Source: Mantamonas sphyraenae STR306 (lineage: Eukaryota > Protista > CRuMs). From it: 64,000 nt of DNA. Within the stretch, counting starts at the first letter, position 1, and every line of letters begins with the position of its first letter. The DNA is taken from the NCBI GenBank assembly GCA_026936335.1, contig JAPMXV010000046.1:186001-250000 (forward strand), in the 5' to 3' direction. Below are positions 13,077 to 24,300 of this stretch, piece after piece. A program made the translations under genes and the position numbers. The notes beneath the pieces were generated by a model. It made no database searches, was not told the DNA's origin, and saw only the letters and a list, made by a program, of their open reading frames with translations.

Positions 13077-13202
13077 GCCTTCGCTGCGGATTGGGTTGGC
13101 GTGGCCGTTGGAATCCTTCGATGGTCCATGGACATGTGTGTGTGCAGTGTCGTGTTCATTTGATGGGGAGGGGAAAGGGGGGTGGGGGTGAGGGGGGCCC
13201 TC

Positions 13203-15131
13203 TCAGAAGTAGAAGCCACCGCCGCCAAAGCCACCCGCACTTCTGCGTCCACCACCGCGGCTTCGTCGTCCACCGCCGCCGCCGCCCATGTTGGCACCCA
13301 TGAACATTTCAAAGATGTCGCCCATGTCGCCGCCGTGGAAGCCTCCTCCGCCAAAGCCGCCCATGCCCGCAGAGCCGTTGTTGATGTCCTCCAGATCGTG
13401 GCCGTCGTCGTACAGCTTGCGCTTCTTGGGGTCGCTGAGGATCTCGTTGGCCTCGTTGACATCCTTGAAAATCTTGTCGGCCTTTTCTTTGTCCTCGTCC
13501 GAGGCGGAGGTCCACTTGTCCGGGTGCCACTTGAGGGCCTTCTTGCGGAATGCCTTTTTGATCTGCGCGTCGTTGGCAGTCTTTTCCACCTCCAGAATCT
13601 TGTAATAGTTCTTGCGCTTGCTCTTCTTGAGCTCGAGCTTGGCGGAGCGCAGCTGCTGTTCAATGTCCCTGGAGCTGGGCTCGAGTTGCTGGGCCTGGGT
13701 CAGGTCGTTCACGGCCTCCTGGTAGCGCTCCAGAGCCAGGTTGGCCTGTGCTCGGCGCAGGTATGCCTTGGTGTACTTGTCGTTCAGGCCAATGGCCTTG
13801 GTGCACGCGTCTGCAGCCTCCCTGTACATGTTGAGCTTCAGCGCAGCGGCGGCTTGGTTGGCATACAGGGTGGAGTTGATGCTATCGTTCTCCGGATCCT
13901 GCTCCAGGGCTTCGCTGTAGTTGTCGTAGGCCTCCTGGTAGCGTCCGGCCTTGAAGGCGTCGTTGCCGGCCTGTTTGAGGCGGTTGAGCCTGCGGATGGT
14001 CTTGATGGCGGTGCGTGCGGTCTGGTTGTCCGGATCCTTGCGCATGGTCTCTTGATACACGCGAATGGCCTGGTCAAAGCTGCCCGAGTGGTAGAGAGCG
14101 TACGCACGTGCGTTGTACGCGCGCACATTGTTCTTGTCCCAGTTGATGGCGTCCACAGAGGAGCTCAATGCCTTGTCAAACTGGTTCAACTGGTTGAAGG
14201 CCACCGTCAGACTCGTGGCCATTTCCGAACTGCGGTTGATCTGCTCTCGCAGGCTCAGCAGCATCCGCAGCGCCTGCCTGGCATTGCCAGCCTCCAGCAA
14301 CTCCTCCGCACGATCCCATTGCGTCCTCAGCTTCTTCACATTTGCCATATCCTTCATCGACTCGTCGTGGCGCGGATCCACCACCAGGGCCGCCTGATAC
14401 ATGTCCAGGGCCCGGTCCAGCTTGCCCAGCGCTACCCACGCCTTGCCAGCCCGCGTGTATGCCTGTGTGGTTGCCCCACCGCACCGGAAAGTGTCAGTGC
14501 TCCGACGATGATGTGTTCACCACGTTCTGCGTTCTTCCGGGTTGCCCAGACGCTGCCTGGCCCCTACGGCCCCTTTTGGAAGCAGGCATTTTCCGCCGCA
14601 GCGCGGGGCGAAAAATGCGCCAGCCAACCTGCACGCGCCACGGGCGGCTGCGGGTGCCTGCGAAGCGACTTACCTTCATGTAGGTGCGGTCGAGTTCGAT
14701 TGCACGCTCGCAGTCTTCAATGGCCTCCTTGTACTTGTGGACCATGACGTAGGCCGCGGAGCGGTTGCCGTAGTAGTTGTGCGACTGCGGGTTGAGTTCT
14801 GATGGAGACGGCCCGCGGTTTTTGGCCCATATGGCGGTGCGACGGGTTAGTGGCTGGTGTGGTGTGGACAAAGGGTGGACGGGAAGGTGCACACAGTCCT
14901 ACCAATGGCCTTGCTGTACAGACGCGCTGCGCCGTGGTAGTCCTTCTTCTTGTACAACTCGTTGCCCTGGACCTTGGCTTCGGCGGCCGCTTCTTCGTCG
15001 ATCACGACAGGCTCTGGCTCAGCCTCCTCCACCTGCTGCTTGCCCTGCTTGTCCACACTCTGCACGTCGACAACCATTTGGTCGTCGTGTGAGTCCTGGC
15101 TGCTGCTGCCGCTGCTGCTGCTGCTGCTCAT
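13203..15131 (-). CDS. DNAJC7: DnaJ homolog subfamily C member 7 (TPR repeats + J domain)
   Basis: TPR motifs (KVQGNELYK, YYGNRSAA, KQAGNDAFK, KAYLRRA), C-terminal J domain (NYYKILEV..KALKWHPDK) and G/F-rich tail. Exons ~15131-14903, ~14799-14675, ~14463-13203. Confidence 0.92.
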
Positions 15132-15186
15132 GCGGGTGGCGGGTGAGTTTTGGCCGGCCGCCCGCGCGCCCGGATCGCAAACACAA

Positions 15187-18100
15187 ATGCATTCGAGAAA
15201 ACACACGGGTGCCTGGCCATGGCTATGGCTGGCACTGTGGTGTGTGGTGGTGCTCGTGTGTGTGCGGAGGGCCCGTCACACAACCGCATCTTTCCAAACA
15301 GACAGGCCAAGGCGGCGGAAATCCTGCGCGAATCTTCATGGCCGCAAGAACAGGGCAAGGGTTACTCGGTGGGCAACTTTGCCCTGGCCGGAGAAGTCAC
15401 ACCCAACGGTCGCATCTTTGGCGACATCCAACTCAACCCAGCACATGCTGAGGCTGAGCTGGAGAGCGTTGGCGAGGGCTCGCTCTCCGTGAACATGCCC
15501 CATCTTGCCTCGCCTCTCCACGACTACACATTGGACGGCATCGAAATCACCCGCACAGTACGTTGTGTCCTCCCCCCCCCCCCTCTTCCCCCTCCCCTGC
15601 CTCGACACGACATGGTTGAACCATATCCATCGTCTGTGGTCTGCGGATCGCGCTTGTGCCACCGCGCAGCCGTTTTCGGCGCGAACTCGGCGCTCACACA
15701 CGCTAACGCACTGTCCGTGCGACTGCCCACGTTCTCCCCACAGTTCCCAGAGTACATGAAGCTAGTGCGCGATAGCCGTTTGGGCGACACTTGGCTCAGC
15801 GTGCGTGCACACGCACCCATCGATGCGTCCGACAGGTGCGTTTTCCTTGCACAGAACACCTCACCCCCAAAAACAAAAAAAATCCACCCACCCGCGTCTT
15901 TCCGCACCACTCACACCGAAGCCCACGGCACGTGCGCCATCGTATACCGCCTCCCAACAGTCTGCCGGGCTTCTTGCCAGCGCTGATTGTGGACGTTGTG
16001 CTCGGACGTGGCGGCAACCAGATGGTAAGTGGGGATAATTGCGAGAGCGCGGATCGGTGAAGCCGATTTCTGACTCGTCCCTTCACAGGCCGACTACGCC
16101 TCTGCCGAGGCTCTGCACACGAGTATGGACAGCAGGGAACGGACACAGACAGAGAGACAGGCAGAGTGGAAGGAGACCAGTGGCCACAAGTCTCCGCAGG
16201 CACAGCAGGCGAGGACGCAAGTGCAGATTGCGTACGAGTTTGCGCCGGCCGTGCTTGATTCGTCGCACTTTGCCCAGCATCTGCCGGACGGGGCTGCACA
16301 GCAGGCGACGGAGGAGGCGGAAAGGGCTTTCAACAGAGCAGAGAACGGAGCCCAAATGGTGCAGCAGCACAACTTCTTCCTGGTGGTCACAGGAGGCGAC
16401 GCACAAACGGCGCTCGCACTCGATGGAAACCTGCACGCACGCGCCAATGTGAGCCTGGCCGAGGGTGAAACCATGCGCGTTAGCTTTGTGCTGGGCCATT
16501 ACGACAGCAACGGCGCGTACGCAGAGAAGATCCCCTCGTTGGTGGAGCTTGTGGAGCATGTTGTGACGAAGCGTCAAGCACATCGCCAGGGCCATCGATC
16601 GTTTGTGGCCACCCTTCCTCGCACGGGGTCGCCACATGTGGACACGTACCTGCGCTGGTATACGAGCGCGGCCGTGCTGCTGACCAAGGGCCAGCGCGGC
16701 GTGCCTGCGTACACGATGGGCCATGTCAGTTATCAGCAGCGCGACAGCTTCTGGGCGTCGTGGCTACACATGCATCTGTGGCCAGAACTGGACCGGGGCA
16801 TGATTCGCCTGGCTGCTCGCAGTCAGCTGGCCTCGGGCAAGATCCCGCACTCGCTGATGCCACAGACAGACCGGCCAGGGGGCATCGAGGGCACGGAGTA
16901 CTTTGTGCTGCGTGTGGCTCGCCACGTGCTGTGGTATCGTGACGAGGAGCTGGCGCAGGAGCTGTGGCCTGCTGTGGACTCTGCGTTGGCGTACCTGCAA
17001 AGCCTGGACGCCGGCGATGGGATCCCGCAGCATCGTAACGAGTGGGCAGACTGGAAGGCTGCTCCGTTTATGCGAGGACGCAAGTATGCAGCCAACACCG
17101 CGCTGCTGTATCTCGCCACGCTGAAGCAGGGGGCTCGTGTGGCGCGGCTGGCAAATCGCACGCGTGCTGCGAAGCGAGTGGATACGCGCCTGGAGGCGGC
17201 CAGCAAGTTTGTCAATGGCGACGCGAACCAGGGCCAGGGTCTGTGGAATAACACACACTACGTGGACGTGTGGCGTGACGGACGCGCGGTGGACTACGTG
17301 CAGCAGGACCAGCTGGTGGGGTTGCTGTGGGATGTCGTGCCTGCCCAGCGCAGCACAAGCATGCTGGACAAACTGATGCAAAGCGAGAACAGGTGCGGCG
17401 TGCGTGAAACGTATCCGTACAACGTGGCGTGGCCTGAGCCGTCCAATGGGTACAACGGAGGCGTGTGGCCTTGGCTCAACTTTGTCGACGCAGGGGTGCG
17501 ATTTCGCGCCGGTCGCCCTGCAGACGCTTTGCGACTTCTCCACGCCATGGGCGAGCGTGGACTGCGCAGCAACGACGCATCCCACCCTGCCGAGTTTCTG
17601 GATGGGGACGAATGCCGTGCGCACACCCACCCTGTGCAGGCTTGGAACAGCGACGCCGCCGTGTACGCCAGTGTGCTGCACGGGTTGTATGCCCTCGAAC
17701 GCGTCGACACACACACACACACGATCCCAGGTACGGCTACGGCGGGCAAGCGAGTGTACACACTGCGCGTGATGACCGAGCTGTTGCAACGCAATGACCA
17801 TGCACACGCACGCACACAGCGCCTCAGGAGACAGGAGGGCAACGAAAACGAGGACACACACGCATATCAGCAGCAGCAGCAGCAGCAGCAGCAACATTTT
17901 GACACTTATTTACCTTTGGGCGGCGCCCGTGTTCACCTCAAGGTGTGCCACGGCACAGAGGACGGACACGATGAACACGATGAGCGGTTTCTGGAGATTT
18001 CTGTGGAACCTCCGCAGGAGGATGTGATCTTGCACATCCACTTTGACCGCCGACCCGTTTGCTCGCGCCTGTGCCACCTTGTGGCAAGCGACACGGCCTG

Positions 18101-18194
18101 TCGCAGATGCAGCTCGGCGCAGTCGCGCATGGCCAAACGCCAGCCTATGCGCATGACCATGTCTGGCCGTGAGACACAGTTTGTGGAGGTGTGA
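15187..18194 (+). CDS. Secreted six-hairpin (alpha/alpha)6 glycoside hydrolase-like protein (amylo-alpha-1,6-glucosidase / GH116-like fold)
   Basis: Signal-peptide-like MHSRKHTGAWPWLWLALWCVVVLVC joins the main frame after removing 2 nt in a (GT)n run at ~15258. Introns ~15558-15743, 15836-15960, 16025-16088. Motifs QRDSFW, QLASGKIP, ELWPAVDSALAYL, ADWK, GLWN..HY, YNGGVWPWL. Confidence 0.7.
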
Positions 18195-18248
18195 AGGGAA
18201 TGGAGGGAGCGCGCAGGCGCGTGGAAACAAAACAGGTTGTCCAAAACG

Positions 18249-21171
18249 ATGAGCGCCGGCACCTCAGCCTGCCAGTTGGTCGTCGGCAGTCCGGTGGAGG
18301 ACACGCCCACCACGGTATTTGCCCTGACACTGGTCATTGTGACTGTGTGCCAGATGCTCTACGTGGTGTACGACCTCACCAAGACGTACAACCGCAAACG
18401 GCGCGGCATCCGCAACCGCCAGGTAAACCTGATGGAAACGGTGTTGATGGTGAGTAGCACGCGGGTGGGAGGAAAGGGTAGCTCAAGAAAGGAAACAAAT
18501 AGGGCTGGTGGGGCAGCCAACTGACGCCGGCTGCACTCGCCATGTGAACCCACGCAGAATCCGGTGTACTTTTCCTTCCTGCAGTTTGTCTGCCTCTACT
18601 TTATTGCTGTCATGTTTTACTATCTGTTTGTACACACAGTACAGCTGCGTGCCGCACTGGGTCTGGCCATCGACGCCCTGTTTACGGTGAGTGGGGGGCG
18701 GAAAACGCGGCGGGGGCCTCTCCACACACACGCACGCACGCTCACACCTCGAGGCCGGTTGCCCTTGGCACACCTTTGTGGCCCTGCCGTGTTCACAGTA
18801 TATCAACAATGCTGTCGTGGTGTTTCTTTTCACCACCAACGTGCACCGCTTTGGCAACCGGCGTGCGCTGGTGTTTGCTGGCACACTGGCTGCTTCGCGG
18901 GTGGCAATCGAGTTCTGGCTCGTTTTCTTGCTTAAGGAACCAGCCGAGTCGGACGCCTGGTTCCCGCTGCCGTACAACCACCATCCGCTGACACAGACGG
19001 CGACGTACGCCACGCTGAATCGTTTCTGGCTGGGCTACGACCTGTTTTTTGCCGTGTTGTACCTGCTGTTGCTCTTTGTGCCGCAAGTGCTGCTGAAGCT
19101 GTATCCAGGAAGCCGATGGGCACGCGTGCAGCACAAAAGCACCTCGAGGCACTATTTGACGCTGATGAGCAGCATGTATGTTCTGTACGTGATCGGGAGG
19201 GCGATGCTCACAGCCGGTGTAAGCGAGGGCTTCTGCCTGCTGGGGCTGGGTGATCTGATGTACAACGCCCTGTTTGCACCCGTGGTGTACTTGACTCTGT
19301 GGGCCGACAGCCGTGTCATGCACTTTGCGGCGTTGAATCGCATGCATCAGGTGGCCAAAACGCGCGGCACCTCGGTGCCACAGGCTCAGCGGCTTGCCAA
19401 GCGCATGTTGCGCAAGAACATGGTGGTCACACGGCACAAGAATCAGGATGACCTGTACTACACTGCGTTCAGTGATACGAGCCAGGAGACGGAGGGTGAC
19501 GAGGATGGGCCGTTGGTGGGCGCAGCGCTGGACGAGGCTTACGATGAGTTGGATTCGACCACACAGCGCATGCTGGACGCCCTTGACCCGGAAATGGGCG
19601 AAACGGCAGCTGAGAACCACGGAATGCCCGGGCGCAGAGATCACATTGCCTTGTTTCGGCAGCTGCAGCGAGATCCGCTGCTGGCCAAGCCGAGCCACGA
19701 GGCGTGGGGCACGCTGAACTACATTGCACACAAAGACCTGGAATTTGGGCGTCTGTTGGGCACCGGGGCGTTTGGACGGGTGTACGAAGGCCTGTGGCAA
19801 AGTACGCCGGTGGCAATCAAACGTGTGCAACTGCGCGCTGGCGACCTGCAATTGTCGCAGGAACTGATTGACGAGTTCAAGTCGGAGCTGATGCTGATGA
19901 GTACGCTGCGTCACAGCAATGTGATTCTGTTCATGGGCGCAAGCGTGCAGCCGCCGTTCATGGACCTTGTGATGGAACTGGCAGCAAACCGGTCGCTTAC
20001 GGCGCTGCTTGACTACAGCGTGCGGGAAGAGCAACGGCGGTTCGACAGCGACAGTAGCGCAGAAAGCGAGTCACCGGCGCTGTCGTCGGGTGCAGTGCAT
20101 CAGTACTCGCTGGCCAGCTCGCCGTCGGTGGGCAATCTGCTGAGCGGGGTGTCGGAAATGGAGGACATGTCCTGGGGTGGGACATCCACGGGAGCGACAG
20201 GCGGCAGGCGGAGGCACCTATCGTCGAACGAGAGCGAACGAAGCAGGCACACGGGCGGAGGGCAAAGCGTGCGCTCGATGAGGGGATTGCTGGGTAGGAT
20301 GCGTTCGGAGGGCAGCAGCGACGTGACGGAGCAGCTGATTGGGGAGGAGGTGGTACACGACGACAGTGTACACACCGTGGGGGTCACAAGTCATCACAGC
20401 CAGGGTGTAGGAGGCGCCGCGCAACACGGCCATGGGTATGGACGGTCGAACCAGTCGCAGCGTAGCCGAGGCGGGTTGAGCTGGAGGCGGCTGATGAACC
20501 AGGGAACGAGCAACAGCACGGAGGGAGGCACTGGATCCGGCACTCGGACTACACGCATGCAGTCGTCCAACACACAGGCGAGCAAACGGTCGGGAGCGAG
20601 CTCGCGGCTGCGACGGCGGGAACTGAACTATGGATGGCCGATGCTGCTGCGCATGGCTGAGGAGGTGGCCACTGGGATGGTGTACCTGCACAGCAAGGGT
20701 GTGCTGCACCGAGATCTGAAGACGATGAATGTGCTGGTGGACCATTATCTGACGTGCAAGATTAGCGACTTTGGTTTGAGTCGCGTCCTGGAAGGAGAGG
20801 CCAGTGCGACCACGTTCAAGGGTACCCCCCAGTACATGGCACCTGAAGTGATCAAGGGCCAGGCGTACGGCATGCCAGCTGACGTGTACGCCTTTGGCGT
20901 GGTGCTTGCCGAAATGCTCACTCGCACAAAGCCGTACCGAGGCGTGCGTCCCCTGCAGATCATCTACGCCGTAGCCAATGAGAACAAGAGGCCCGAGCTT
21001 CCCAAGCCTTCGCGTGACTGTTGTCCGCCCTCTTTCATCGAGCTGATTGAGGAATGCTGGCAAACCGAGCCCGAGCTTCGCCCGACGTTTGCGCAGGTCC
21101 TCGAGCGCCTGCGCGAGTTCCGTGCCAGCGTGGAATATCGCAACCTGACGTTGCCTCGTGTGGACTTGTGA
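18249..21171 (+). CDS. Seven-transmembrane (TPRA1/GPR175-like) domain fused to a TKL-type protein kinase
   Basis: Exons ~18249-18449, 18558-18686, 18799-21171. About 7 hydrophobic helices ending in EGFCLLGLGDLMYNALFAPVVYLTLWADS. Kinase motifs GTGAFG, VAIK, HRDLKTMN, DFGLS, GTPQYMAPE, DVYAFG, CWQTEPELRPTF. Confidence 0.85.
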
Positions 21172-21356
21172 GCGGTGGTGCTGGGGATTGCACAGCAGCT
21201 GGGTGCCGTGGCCTGCCCAACCAAACAAAACCAAAAGCAGAAAGTATGTCCACCACGTGTCGAATCACACTGCAACACACACACTCACGCACCCATCACT
21301 CGTACATTGCTTCTCCACCTGCGCCATCTCCACAGCTCAACCCAATCAACCACAAG

Positions 21357-24300
21357 ATGCGAGGCGACAAACTTTTTGTGGCATTTGTGGTTGTTTCCCT
21401 CTGCATCGGTGTCTGGGCCGCTGAGGAGCAACTCAGGTATGTTTCTGCACGCACGAACGCTGAGAAGGGACGATGGAGACGCTCTGCACATGTGCAATCC
21501 CTGCGCCTGTGTCCACGTCGTTGCGCAGCGGCCGAGGAAAACTGCGCTCGTGAGCAGCAGCACCATCAGCATCCACAGCTCACACGTTCCGCGCCCTCCC
21601 ACAGCACTCAGGGACTGTTTGCAGACGACGACGCCTTCCTCATGGACCATCCTCCTCTGCTCGATGTGGATGACAGCCATCCGGCGCTTCATGGTGCGTC
21701 CATCCCGTCCTGTCACCACCACAGCACGCCACCGACGCCTTTTTTCGCCCATGCCGGAAAAAAAAAGGGGCCGCCCAGCGCCAGTTGCCAGCGCTGACAC
21801 ACGATTCCCGCCCGCATTCCTGCGTATGCCGGTCGCACAGAGAATGACATCGACTTTGACGTTGGTCAGGAGATCCGGGCCAACGAAGAAGAAACATCCA
21901 GCGACGACAACGTCGAGGATGCCCAGGGCGAGGTCGAAGATTCCGAAGAGGACTACGTCGAGCTGACCGACGCGGCAGCCATTGGTGCGTTTCCTGTCCC
22001 GTGTGTCCATTGTGCCCGCCTGTCACCCTTTCCAACTGTTGCCCGCTGCCCATCCCCGCCGACTTGGCCTCCATGCACATTCCATCTCCACCTGCGAGTG
22101 TGCCTTTGTGTGCGCCCTCTCATCTGCCGTCGCCTTTTTTTTTTCGCTTCCGATTATCATTCGCCCCGCGCTCACCCGTCGCCTTTGCTTCCGCTCTCCT
22201 CACCTGTGCAGCTCGCCACGGCGCTTGCAAGCGCATCCGCCGCCTGGGTTCGCTCATCGGCCAGGTTGTGCCCAACGGACATCACCACCATGGCGACTGC
22301 TGGCTCATCAAACCTCGCGCAAGTAAGTTGCCCAGATGCACAGAGAGGGTCTTTTACCTACCGCCAGCCACCCCGAGAAACCTTGCGCAAAAAGCCCACA
22401 CAAACAGCACACGCACGTTTGCACACGCACTGACTCTTCAATGCCCTCACTCGCTTGCCACACACCGCACGTGCGTGTGCACACATCACACCCCGTACGA
22501 CACACGCAGGCGTGAAAAAGGCTTGCCGCGTGCGCCTCAACTTTGCCGGCGTCGATTTGCACGCCCACGAGCGCCTCGAGGCCTTTGAGGGAGTGAGCAC
22601 CAACGGAAAGCTGCTGGCACGCATTCAGAAGAGCGTCCCGTCCGCCATGACACGTGTGTCTGCACCCTCGGGCGTCATTCTCCTGCGCTTTGTCAACAAC
22701 AAGGCCAAGGGCAAGAACAGCAAGATGGCATGCTCCAACTTCAACGCATTCACCAACGTCGACTACATGGACTCGTGCGGCGTTTGCGGCGGAGACAACC
22801 GTTGCAAGACCGACCTGTGCAAGAACCCAAAGAAGATCATTGGCTTGTCGGGCAAGATCAACAGCGGCGACCTGCGCGACGGCTGCTGGCAGGTGGTCAG
22901 CCCCACCGCGGCCAGCAACAAGGCCTGTGGCATCCGTCTGCGCTTCAACACCTTTGCCCTCGAGAGCGGCTCCGTGTTCTCTGTCTACACCGGCGGCAAG
23001 GCCAGCCCGGCCAAGCTCGCCATGCGCTACACGCATGCGAACCAGACCGCTCCGGGGCACATGGTCTCCATCCCCTCGCGCAAAATCACCCTCACCTTCC
23101 ACTCGTACACCGATACGCGCGTCCGACGCACAATCGACTCCTCCGAGTTCTCCGCCATCTGGGAGAGCGTACACAAGGATGACTGCGGCGTGTGTGGAGG
23201 CATGAACGAGTGCAAGCTCAAGACATGCCCCACCACAAAGACCCTCTCTGCACCCAAGGGCGTCTTCAACAACGTCGGCTCCATGCTCAAGAGCCAGTGC
23301 TGGCTGGTCAAGCCCAACCGTGGTGGTCTCTGTGAGGTCAACGTGCGCGTGAACAAGTTCAACCTGCATCCCAAGCAGCTCCTGCGCTTTCTTCAACTCG
23401 CCCAACCCCAAGGTGCTCGACAACCTGTGGAAGAGCCTGCGAGGCAACTACAACCTCGCCCCGACTCCCATCGAGCTCACCTTCAAGCCCACCAACGAGG
23501 CCATGCTCATTCACTACTTTGCTGGAAGTGCTCATCTGCACCACGTCTTCCACAAGCTGCCCAACCTCGACCAGAACAACGACAACAAATGTGACGGCTT
23601 TGCCGCCACCTACTCGCTCAAGTTCAAGGACGTCTGCGGCATCTGCGACGGCGACGGCAAGAGCTGCCTCGGTTGCGACGGCGTGCCCCACTCGGGCAAG
23701 GTCCTGGACAAGTGCGGCGTGTGCGGAGGCGACAACAGCGAGTGCACAGGCTGCGACGGCGTCCTCGTCCCGCCCCCGGGCAAGCCCAAGAAGAACGACC
23801 AGTGCGGCGTGTGTGACGGCGACAACAGCTCCTGCACAGGCTGCGACGGCGTCGTCGTGCCCCCGTCCAAGGGCAAGCCCGCCGCCTATGACAAGTGCGG
23901 CGTGTGCGGAGGCGACAACAGCGCCTGCCGCGGCTGCGACGGCAAGCTGTACCCCAACGGAGGCAAGAAGGTGTACGACCGCTGCGGTGTGTGTGGAGGC
24001 GACAACAGCGCCTGCACAGGCTGCGACGGCGTCGTGGTGCCCCCTCCGGGCACGCCGGCCAAGAAGGACCAGTGCGGCGTCTGCAAGGGCGACGACTCGT
24101 CCTGCCGCGGCTGCGACGGCAAGCTGTACCCCAACGGCAACAAGAAGGTCTATGATCTGTGTGGCGTGTGCGGCGGCGACAACTCCGCCTGCACAGGGTG
24201 CGACGGCGTTGTGGTCCCGCCTGCCAACGGCCAGCCCAAGAAGAAGGACCAGTGCGGCGTGTGCGGCGGTAACGACGCAACGTGCACAGGCTGCGACGGC

